64,000 nt of DNA from Chrysomallon squamiferum (Eukaryota; Animalia; Mollusca), in the NCBI GenBank assembly GCA_012295275.1, contig CM022671.1:27714001-27778000 (forward strand), written 5' to 3'. Position numbers and translations under genes: made by a program. The notes under the pieces are model-generated. The model ran no database searches. It saw only the letters and a program-made list of their open reading frames with translations, and was not told the origin of the DNA. Numbering within the stretch: the stretch's first letter is position 1; every line of letters begins with the position of its first letter. Of this stretch, positions 53,501 to 64,000 are shown piece after piece.

Positions 53501-56500
53501 GGAGGAGTCATCTGTAATGGATCAGTGCTTTATGCTTTTCATAGCATTTGCCCTTAGAAAATATCCTCAATGAAGAGGTGTATGCTAGAAAGAGAAGTGC
53601 CCTTAAAGAGGATAATTTACCCTAAAGCAGTGACCATGACCTAAAAACTTGTTTGTAATGATTTGCATTTTCACTGACACAAGGTATGCTGAATGAATAA
53701 ATGTAAGAAAAGAAAATTATTTTCCCTTAAAGCTGTCTGTGTATTGATCTTCTTTTTAGCCTTCTGAAGTAAGAAACCTTTAGTTTGACTTAAAATAATG
53801 ACACACTGTTTCAGTTTCTGATATTTAAAAAAAAAAACATTTTCTTAGAGTGTTTTTTATTTTTATTTTTTAATTAAAAACTATTTAAAGTAAAATAAGT
53901 TTAATTTAGAAAACAACAATATTTTAAAAGCCAAAATGTTTTTTTGTGTTTGTGTTTTTTTTTTGTTTGATTGTTTTTAATTTTTTGAAACATAATAACA
54001 AAAAAGAATCTTAATGAATATTAAAACGGTTTCATTAGCTAGAATTCATGTGTCAGCAAAACAATGTCATACCACCATTGGATCACAATAGATTTGGAAC
54101 CAGCTGTTGACAGGTTCGTGTGTGTAGACCATTACTGGTGGTATCTGCATTCATACACTCGTGTCTACTGGCTTTAATACACTTTATGTCTGCTAGTGTT
54201 ATTAACCAGCTTAAATCACAGTACTTCAAGTAACTAAATAATATGACAGATGTATTTGACACCGCTGAAACAGTGAAAGCAGTGTGTGCATTTATCTAAT
54301 TCTGAGTTGCTATTTAACAGACATGACTTTCCAAGATAACAGTGGAGGTCATCAGTGTGGTTCTTTCCATTATTTCCTACATGCATGAGTGTGAATAATG
54401 CTCAAGGACAAGTTACTGCAGTGAAATGTCAAACCAATTGGCATACACAAGTATATCCAGTTAAGAAGGGTGATAATAAAAATGTTTGTTTGTGTTCAGT
54501 AATTTCTTCACCGGACATGCTAACGCTGTGTTGCAAGGACCTTGGACTGTAATGGCAGTTGTTACCTGTTGGTTGTCTGATCTTGATTTTATCTCGTGAT
54601 CATCTACTGTTGTTATCGACCCTGAGATGAGCAGCACCTTTGCTTGGTACAGACCTGTTAGCAGACCATGTGGTTACGTATGTCCCGTCCTTCATACTGC
54701 TCATTTCCATACTTGCGAGGAGGTGATTGCGGTTCCCCAATACTTTTTGTGGGTCGTGGTAAGCCACCAAATACAAATGATTTTAATTCTTTTTTCTTTC
54801 TATTTTTTCCTGTTTTTTTTTATTTATTTTTTTTTATCATTTTCCTAAATGTAAAAGCAATGATACACATAATTACAATGCTTTTCTCTTTTTGTTTTTA
54901 AGGGAAGGGAGTGAAAATGAGTTTTTGGATAACATTAATTGCTTTTCAGATAAAAAGGGACAAATATTGATATCAGTATTATTTTATTTAATATTTTAAA
55001 ATTTATTTTTAAAAACAAGAAAATAATGACTGTACTTATTACACTTGTTATTGCTGAACAAGATAAAACAACAAAAGTCTTGTAGTGCATTACTTCATAA
55101 TTATTCAGCACATTTGTATAATACTGTAGCAAACTGTTCTCCTTGGTCAAAATAATTGATAGCTTTAAGGTTTGTGTCCCATTTTTACTGATAATTGATA
55201 TCTCTTTATGTTAAAGAAACTGGCATTATAAAAAAAATTTTTTATATTTGGTATAATATCTAGAATCATAAAGGCAAAAATAAGTGGCAAAAGCTAAGAG
55301 ATGTTAAACTTTATTCATCAGAATAGATATAGTTGGTTGTCTTTCTGAATAAAAAAAAACACACAAAGAAATTGGATTAATGTAGCAAAATATATAATAT
55401 ATATATTATTATTATTATTATTATTATTTTTAAATTTCATGCTGATAAATAAATGGTATTGATAATTAAGTCCAAAATATAGAAGGCACAGATTTACATG
55501 CAGACAAGACAGTAAGGCTAAAGTTAACTTTCTAAGAAGGTTGAAATGACCATAAATCTGAAGTAAATCACAGATATAATTGTCAGTCTTTAAGTGTGGC
55601 CTTCAAAGCAACACCATCTCTTGGTTTTGATTTACTGCGAGATTGTAGTAGCCACTAGCCTGCTCCAGTTATTTTTGTTTGGGTGATTCACCCAGAATAA
55701 TGATTAAGCAGTTTATTATTGTGAAATATCTTATGTAAACATTACCATGTTAGTAATATGTGGAACCTACATACCCCATTCTACATGTCAGCCTGACCCA
55801 CAGTATTCAGACAGAAAATTAGAAATAGTTAGGCTACCTGTTGAATGTTTTTTTATTTGTTATTTTTATTTTTATTTATTTTTTTTGTGGTCTTTCACAT
55901 TCATAACATTCTCAGCTGTCAAAACACTTCAGGGTGCTCGACAGTGGATTAATGAAGTTTCAGCTTTGAGTAAGTCGGCTAATACTGATGTAAGTTTTAT
56001 AAATACAGCTGTTTTTAATTTTATTTTATTTGGGTCATAGTGAAAGTTTTTTCCCCAATCTGCGTTTCAAGATTGAAGTGAAGTCCATTAATTTTTTTAT
56101 TTTTTTTTATTTATTTTTTTTAAATAAATAAATTAATAAAAATAATTAAAATTAGAGTGAATGTCAAGGTTTCTGGATTTTTCTACTCAGTTTGTGGTGT
56201 ATAACCCTGTAGATGAAAATAATATATAATAAAAGTGAAATCATTTTTGATCAACTAGATTAAGTTTTTCAAGTAATAAATATATATATATATATATATA
56301 ATTTCCTAGTTACAAATTTGAACCTCCTGGTTTTATACTTCGAGATTAATTAAAAATTCTCTGAATATTTGTCACACCTTCCTCTGACAATTAGTCACAG
56401 TTGTATATGAAATGCAACTTATGTGTGACCATTCAAAAGCTGTGAATGCTGAATATATATGTACACTGACTTATCTCCCTGCCTACATATATTTAAACAT

Positions 56501-56517
56501 TTCTGTCTCCATCTCCC

Positions 56518-56552
<35 letters not shown>

Positions 56553-59500
56553 CCATACACATACACACACATATACATACACATATACACACATATATAT
56601 ATACACATATATACATACATATTTATACATAGATATATACATAGGTACATACATAGACACACACATACACCCACACCACACCCACACACACACATGCAAA
56701 CACACTTGTGCAATTCAAAAAAGAAAACTCAACTACTATACATAAAATGTAAATGATTATGTAAATGTAATTTTAATAACTGTTCAGAGCTGTTGTGTAT
56801 TATATGAATGAATCAGCAGGTCAGTAACTGTTCGGTTATTTTATCTATTATTTTCTCAGATGGGTGTAATTTATTTCACAACCATACATATTCCCCAAGT
56901 CCATAATATCTAACAGTATAAGCATAATCTTTGTTTTGGGGTGTTTACAATTACAAGTTTATATCAGAGTATAAATGACCATTGTAGTGTCCTTTCACTC
57001 CCCATAAATACGGGTATTACTATATCCCTGATCACATGATTCATATGACATGATTCCTCCCATAAACTGAACAGTCACATGGTGATAAATGTGTGAGTGA
57101 AGCTGTTTCCAAACTTAGCTTATGGCTGGGTAATCAGCAGCTTGGCTTGTGCATCGTGGACCAATCAACAGCCAGATTTCTCCTATGCCCAACATGTAAT
57201 AGCAGTGTGTACTGTGGTAGCCAACTGTACATTGATCTATTGATTGTGATACCGACTAGAATACTGCCAGGATAGGCCTGTCTAACGTACACCTCTGTTG
57301 GAAACTACCCAGTTCAGTGCTGAATTATTTTGGAGCCAGCAGTTACTTAAACTCCAATAGAAGAGTCTTAATAAGGTAGGAAAAGCCTTCAGTGTTAGGG
57401 CTTAAAGTTCACAGGTCCTGTGTATTCTTCTTGAAAGGTCACTGTATCTTTAACTGTCTGCTGGGCATTTCTCTATAGAGTTGTTGATCAGATTTTACTT
57501 ACTTGCAATATGTGTGGACATCACACAGTGTTTATGTAATTGTGTTTGTTCTGTGGACCTTGAACATTCTTTGTTTAAGAATTTCTGTCCTTACAAAATA
57601 TGGCAGGGTGGTGTTAACATAAAAGCATTTCTTGTTTATGGATGACCGGTGGTTGATTAAGTAGGTCAGAAAAGACAAAAAGCCAAGAAGATAAAAGTTA
57701 ACAGTACACACAAATGTACCCATTGTTAATTGCTTTCTTTTCTCTTGTGGCTTTCACCCTCTTTTCAATTTCTGAGGATTGCGGGTTGTATAGAGGTTAC
57801 AGCCCTATATATAGATTATGTGTGTCATGCCAGCTATGCCAGCACATTCCACAAGATCAGAGTGAGAAAGTGATACAGATACTGCAGCAAACCTAGCCCC
57901 CAGTATGTAGTGTGTCAGTTTCACACAAATGCTTTGCCTTTAGCCTTTCATGCCTCACTGAACATGCCTATTGTTTGCAGCCATTAGACTTTGCAGTTAT
58001 TGTTGTTGGGTTTCAGAATATATCGAAAACAAGATGCTACTGCATGTCTAGAGGGTATGTTGCACTTTACTTAACATAGAGCAATTTTATTGACTATTTG
58101 TTATACAGATTTTCTTTATTTGAACAAGAATGTGAGATCAACAATGTAACAGATTTTTTATTTTTTATTTTTTTTTTTTATTTTTTTATTTTTTTATTTT
58201 TTATTTTTTATTTTCATTTTATTATTTTTATTACTGCCATGGGAACGTTACTAATCTTGTAATTGTCTCCCCTTGCATTGTAAACATATTTTTGTTTCTA
58301 TCTAATTGGGTTTGTTACGGAATAATTCTGAAGTACATATTTAATTCCAAAAAAACCCCAGAACAAATCTGATTTGTAAAATAGCACATTTGTCAATTCA
58401 GACAGCAAATATGCCTGACCATCCTCTATATTTTGCTGTATTGCTCACTGACATTTGCCAGTAACATTAATGGATAGATATGTCAAACAAAATACAATAA
58501 ACATAAATTACTATTATTGTTAAGGAAAGCCAAACTAAGCCAATTAATGCCATTTTGTTGAAGGCCCCAGTAAGTCTATATCAAGAGACAGTGAATAATA
58601 AGCTCCCAGAGGTTTTCTTTCCCTTAGGAGATTGCTAACTCGCCTTGGATCAGTAGTTGGCATGATGACTGATACATGCCTTGGGTGATATCTTTTACCT
58701 TTTGTTTTTTTACTGAGGTATATGTTTGTTGTTGTTTGGAAGCAACACAGGCTTGAGGCATGATAGATTCCAGAATCAATCTTCCATCTTACACCTTAGA
58801 TGTGTGTGTATGCATGTATGTGTGTATGTCATGTCTGCTATGATCTTTGCTGTCTACAAGAAGGTTCAGCCTAAAAAAAAGTAAAGCATTTGTTGCTCAT
58901 TGGTAAGAATGTTACTTAAAACAACATGACTGAATTTCCACTACTGCATCTATTGTGTGAAAAACTGAGATCAGATAACAGCTAATGTTAAAATACACTA
59001 AGATTCAATGGCATTTTATTGTCTTGTTGTTGCTGTTGCTATTTTCAAACTATGGTAAAATGTAATCTCTGGATAATCTGGTTTCCTTAAAGTTGGTTTC
59101 TAATACAGGTCCTGGAATTTGTCTTGTGAAATTTATTCTTTACAACCACGTCTCAATACCATGTTTTAATTGTGTGATTTCCTGTCCCTAATTATTCAGA
59201 ACAGAATGTATTTTGTTAACAAAATATATAAATTTGGGCGAGTTTTGTTTTCATTTTTGTGAAATTAAAAATTAAAAACCTATAGAGTATTTTGTATGTT
59301 AAATGTAGTTCATTTTTAAAACATTGTTTTGATAAACACCTCAGTTAATTGTCAGTATGTGTATGCAGTAATTTTTTTTATTATTATTTTTCTTTAATTT
59401 ATGAATGTGTAAACTTCAACAAATGTTACACATATGTTGCATTTGTCTGTGTGTGTATGTCATTTTATCATTAATATTTCCAACATTGGAATGTATGAAA

Positions 59501-62500
59501 TATTGAAAATAACACAAAATGAACCTGACAGCATTGCCTTTTGCAGTGGACAGTCGCAGGAACTGAGAATGTGAGTGATTTAATGCATTTATTTTAAGTT
59601 ACTTATTAAGTTGATAATTATCAAGAATGTTTTTAATATTTTCAGATGACAGCAATGAACATCTCTCAGAACGAAGCCGGAAGTCCATAGTTGATGATAT
59701 TAATGGCAACAGACTAGATCATCTATCTCTTGCCGGGTATATGCAAATGAGAGAATCGCCCTGTACAGAGAGTAGTTCACAAATCAGGCAAGGAAATGGA
59801 ACATGCAGCAGCCAGAATAAGCAAAACAGTGACTGTGACATCTCAGGACCAGGGCAGGCAGACAGGGATGCAGACAGCTCATCTGGTAATCCAGACAGTA
59901 AAAAGAAACAGCGCAGACGGAAATCTGAAGAACCGGTGAAGTTAGCTGGCGATTTTCCTGATTATGTAGGAAATAAATACAGTGAAATAGATGAGCTCGT
60001 TCAGTTTATTGAGAAAGGAGAAAAGCAGCTTAAGAAGAAGCTGAATCGCAAGAACACACCAGAGGTAATTGTAACAAAACCAGAAAAGTTAAGTAAAAAA
60101 CACAAAGACAAGAAAGATCAAGTAAAATCTTTTGAAAGTGCAGACATTTTAGTGAGTGGTGAACAGCCTGTTGGCAGCAGCAGCAGCAGCAGCAGCAGCT
60201 TTAACACTGCTAGTGAGGATATGGGTAATTCCAGTGAGAAACCTTCAACTAACACTAATGAAAAGAATAACCCAGATGAAACTGATACTGCAAAAGAAGA
60301 TAATGTTAAAGTTCTGAAAAGTGTGGATGGAAAAACGTTAAAACCTGAAACCATTGCAGCTGAAGATAAAAATAACAAAGTCCACAATCAGACTGACAAA
60401 GTTATTACTTCCAAGTTTGTGTATCCAATAAAAAAGGAAGGAGAACTTAAAGATAAAAATAAAACAAAACCCGGCAAAGAAAAAACTACTGAAATTCAAG
60501 AAACTAACAAAAAAATAATAAAAACAGACGAAACTGATAATAGTAAAAAGTCCAATAAACTTAAAGTGAAGTCAGAACTGCAAGTGAAAAACAACAAAAA
60601 AGTAGACAATATGGTGGTTGAAAATGGACCTAGTCAGGTTGGCACTGACAGAGACCTCAGCACTTCTCCAAACACTTCCAGTTTCATTTTCACTGACATT
60701 GACCCACCACCTCCGCTGGAGGCTGAGTTCATTGTAGTGAGCAAAACAAAGAAGAAAAAGCGTTCGTCTGAGAACACAAAGCATAGAAACAGCACAAAAG
60801 AACATAAAATATCTCACCCTCGTTCCTCTACTCCACCTGCTTTCCCTGTTACCGTAGCTAACAAAGATAAAACTCGTGATCTCAGTCCGTCAGCCTTCCC
60901 TCCCATAGGTTTCAAATGTGCTTCTACCAAAGTAAGACCTTGTCTGAGGGAAGGAAGGAGAAACTCTGTGGGAGATGTGCCCATTGATTCAGGATCATTT
61001 AGGTCCTTAGATGATAGTGATATAGAGTCTGTAAAGTCTCTTCCAGCTGCTCAGGGTGGTCGACTGTCTGATGTGGCTTCTTCTAGGTTTCCTGTGTCCT
61101 ATGCAAAAATGGCTGCCACTCCCAAACCACCCAGCTCACCTAATTCTTCAGTTCCTTTGAGTCCTGGTAGCTGTGATGATGACATGTTGAGCCCCAAGAC
61201 TACTGTTTGGAAAGGTAGTTTGCACGAACGAAGACATTCTATTGGCTCAAGTCCTGAGGACTCAAAACCAGACATTAGTCCTAAATTCAGTCAGAGAATT
61301 AGACAGAAAAGTGGAAGTCAAGATGTATTAAAAGTGGATAAAGTGGAAACATTACAAATAGAATTAAAGGTATCTGATGTGTCAGATGAAATACTGACAA
61401 CGGAAAAGGTTATGGTTACCAACAACAAAATTAATGATGATACCAAAAGCTCAGAGCAAAAACCATTACTTAAAAATGTAGTTGTTCATTCTGCTGAAGA
61501 AAAACTGCCTTCTGATGATAATACTACCAGACTCACTTCTATTACATTTGCTGGTGGTTCCCACATGCCTCCATTTGTTCTCAAAGGTGAAAAACTGGAT
61601 GGTCCTAAAAAATACATTAAGTCTGTTGTGTCAAATACCAATGAAACCTCGCGATCTCACACTGTTGATAATAGCAAAAATATTTCGACTAATGTTGTCA
61701 GTGACAGTTGTAGTGGTAAAAGTATTGTTAATAGCAGTGTTATAAAAGATACAGCTAACAAACCAACAAATGTGATTAAATTTACCAACAATGGACGAAA
61801 ACCCAAATCTTCTGTTGTGTTCCTTGACAAACGTTTTATAGAGACTCCCCAAAAGTTAGATATAACTTTTGGTTTTGATTCCAATTTAGAAAAGGACAAC
61901 CAAGTTGTGAAGGAACCTGGCAGAAGTGACCCAGAAACAAGTGACTCAAAATGTGTATCACAGTCTTCAAGCCCAGTTGTTGTCAGTGTGACAGCAGCAG
62001 CAGCACCATCAGACGACAAAATGGTTAGCAATGTAGGTCAGAGCATACATTTAACTTCAAGTGTTCCTGCTGGTTGTGTTAAAAACTTCAAAACTTCTAG
62101 CAATGCTAATGAACCAGATGATGATTCCAGTCACAAATTCCAAAGTCTCATGCTAGGGAAACTAGCCAAGTCACACATTGCTGGGCTGAATGGTGTAGTG
62201 CAGTCTCATTCTCAGGGTTATAAAAACAAATCAACACCAGATACATTAAGGACCGAGACAAATACTTCTGAAAAAAGTGAAAGTGTTAATTCTAATCATG
62301 ATAAACCAATTATAATTACCTACGGAGAAGGAATTCAAGCCAAAACTGGAGATAGCCAAATTTGTATGGCCAAAAGGAAGCAGATAAAGTTTATTCCTGA
62401 TAATAACATTACTGCAAGCAAATTCAATGCCACTGATGCTATAGCTTTCTTGAAGAAGGGTAACTATATTTTATTTTAAGTATTGTTTCATTAGATGTAG

Positions 62501-63627
62501 GCATCGATGTTTTCAGAGTACAGAAATTTTTATGACAGTGTAAGTATTTATCAGTTTCAAGTAACCTTTCAATCATTCCAATTTGAATTAGAAGTAAATT
62601 AGAACAGATTACATGAAAAAGTTTTCTAAATTAGTACAGTTTGTTGATGAAATTACATGAAATGATTCAAAAAAAAAAAATTATAAGGAACATACAAGAT
62701 AAACTACAAGTGTTTTAAATTTCTACATCTGATTAATTATTTATTTTCTTCTTCAAATTTTAATATTTTATTAGGTTTGTTCTGATGTTTTCTTTTACAA
62801 GCTTGTTCTCTTCAGGTGTGGTTTGCTCAGTTCACAAATATTGATTGCTCCATTTTAAATTAATGGAATGAAAGCTTTCAGTAGTGGTTCTCTAATTTGA
62901 GTCTCTTTGATTTTATATAAGTGAACATTATGGAACCAGTGTGAAAAGTGTTAGAATCATATTTATTTCATTTTATTTTGTTTTTTTATATATAGTTAAT
63001 AGTTACATGAAAAAGGAGATAAAATGGCAATCATTATACCTTTTTCTACTTTTATTGTATTATATACATGTTCAGTTTTATATATATATAAAACTGAACA
63101 TGTGTATATATATATGTGTGATTATTATATATGTGATATTAACTGAAATCTTCCATATAATCATTTTTCTTTTCTTCTTTTCTCTCTTCCCTTGTCTTCT
63201 TTTCTTTTTGGTGATTTCCTTTAGCCGTTTAATAACATTTTTTATTATCTGTGTTTACTGCCTGGTGGAATAAAGAGGTATTAAGATCGGACGCCTTGAG
63301 ATGGCAGCTGATAAAAATGTCTGCCATAATCAATAAACATTGATCGGTATGCAAAGGAATTTATTTTTCAGTCAAGGCCAGTCTGATATGGTTTCTATGT
63401 TACTAGCATGTAAAATTATCTCCCTTTCAGTTTGAACTGACTTTTCTCAGTATCAGTATGTTGTTATGTAATGGGGGGTTTTTTTTGGTTGTTTTTTTAA
63501 ATACATTTGTGGAAATTCTCTAGTTAAGGAATTCTTTCACCAATTGATTATTATTTTTTATTTTTTTATTTAAATTTTTTAAATTTATTTTCAGAATGGG
63601 AGAATGTTCTCGAGTTAAAAGAAAAAA
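36781..63627 (+). CDS. Uncharacterised large (about 1300 aa in window, 3'-incomplete) Ser/Lys-rich, mostly disordered protein
   Basis: Exons 36781-36918 (phase 0), 43678-44590 (ends phase 1), 59646-62459 (phase 1-1) and 63595-63627 (phase 1-1) join in frame with GT-AG sites, giving ...LSDTK|LELIKERAR..., ...KGSK|DDSNEH... and ...AFLKK|EWENVLELKEK. Confidence 0.75.
39935..40330 (+). repeat. Diverged tandem duplication of about 200 bp in gene 4 intron 1
   Basis: Shared blocks ctgtaataacaatgaa...ttatttcat...ataaatg.ga.agaagctc...aaaagtgtacttg.aaaactt in both copies. Confidence 0.8.
43678..44590 (+). CDS. Gene 4 exon 2 (913 nt, acidic/Ser-rich, ends in a basic KKKRKKKK NLS-like tract)
   Basis: ttttcag|TTG; long ORF; donor AAAG|gtttgt, phase 1. 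Confidence 0.88.
47382..47493. repeat. Inverted repeat with 34-bp arms and a TG/TA/CA microsatellite loop
   Basis: aaaatgaaatatatcaacaatactgtgtgtatgt ... acatacacacagtattgttggtatatttcatttt; one T-G mismatch. Confidence 0.9.
54668..54758 (+). CDS. Candidate alternative first coding exon of gene 4 (MWLRMSRPSYCSFPYLRGGDCGSPILFVGR)
   Basis: ATG in gaccATG; donor G|gtaagc in phase 1 fits the 55916 and 59646 acceptors; local CpG enrichment. Confidence 0.5.
55916..55969 (+). CDS. Candidate 54-nt cassette exon of gene 4 (AVKTLQGARQWINEVSAL)
   Basis: Pyrimidine tract plus ttctcag|CT ... A|gtaagt; phase 1-1, stop-free, multiple of 3. Confidence 0.55.
   Translation: MSKHFRVLDSGLMKFQL
59646..62459 (+). 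CDS. Gene 4 giant internal exon (2814 nt)
   Basis: 950-aa ORF; acceptor ttttcag|AT; donor AAG G|gtaact. Confidence 0.92.
63595..63627 (+). CDS. Gene 4 33-nt exon (EWENVLELKEK)
   Basis: Long T-rich tract plus tcag|AA ... A|gtaagt; continues the helix FNATDAIAFLKK-EWENVL in frame. Confidence 0.75.
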
Positions 63628-63867
63628 GTAAGTATATTAAAAAGATCTCTTTCGAAATCCAAATACAGGCCTCTGCTGCTTCAAGTGAATATAACACTAA
63701 CTGTTTGACAATTAATGGGAACTATGGACAGAATTTAATACAGCATAAACTTGATAAAGAGTGCTTTATTTAAACAATTTTAAGGTCACCTGATATTGCA
63801 GTAATGTTCCACTGATATGATAGAAAAACAGACTAGGAGAAAGAGTTTTCAAATTACAAAATTAATA

Positions 63868-63910
<43 letters not shown>

Positions 63911-64000
63911 CTAATAAACTAACAGTATAATTACATACTTGTGTAGAATCAATTTTTTTTTTTCATATTTTATAATTCTTTATAATTTTTTATTGTTATT

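Noticed and set aside
54627-54758. Alternative reading MSSTFAWYRP... of the 54.7-kb exon
   Set aside because: Ends in phase 0 at the donor, incompatible with the downstream phase-1 acceptors; would be an overlapping uORF at best
58655-58720. ATGATGA...CTGA, possible C/D snoRNA
   Set aside because: Too short, T-rich interior, no terminal stem or recognisable guide sequence
60118-62031. Antisense and alternate-frame ORFs within the 2.8-kb exon
   Set aside because: Shadows of the main coding frame
63290-63335. atggcag...ctgccat hairpin with A-rich loop, SECIS-like
   Set aside because: Lacks the AUGA/GA quartet, is intronic, and no in-frame UGA selenoprotein ORF is nearby

Overview
AT-rich, microsatellite-dense eukaryotic (animal) genomic DNA with GT-AG introns; the composition and mosaic CpG pattern suggest an invertebrate, probably a mollusc or other lophotrochozoan (inference). 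Four protein-coding loci were reconstructed by hand. (1) A large terminal exon at 1859/1917-4469 (+) encodes an 850-aa Ser/Thr/Pro/Arg-rich disordered protein with 14 RxxTP motifs and SxIP-type motifs. (2) A complete 14-exon SLC5A (SGLT/SMIT-type) Na+/sugar cotransporter lies at 13184-27554 (+, about 654 aa); its exon 2 ends abnormally. (3) A complete 6-exon CDIPT (phosphatidylinositol synthase) lies at 35432-32345 (-, 222 aa), convergent with the transporter. (4) A large uncharacterised, mostly disordered protein gene starts at 36781 (+), head-to-head with CDIPT, and runs off the window end; it has candidate alternative first, cassette and terminal exons that all splice in phase 1. Non-coding features include a Tc1/mariner(pogo)-type MITE, several TA-centred palindromes, local tandem duplications, a recurrent AAGGGAGRYAAC motif, and a sharp switch from CpG-rich to CpG-depleted sequence near 29.4 kb. 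Most short ORFs in the track are microsatellite artefacts.
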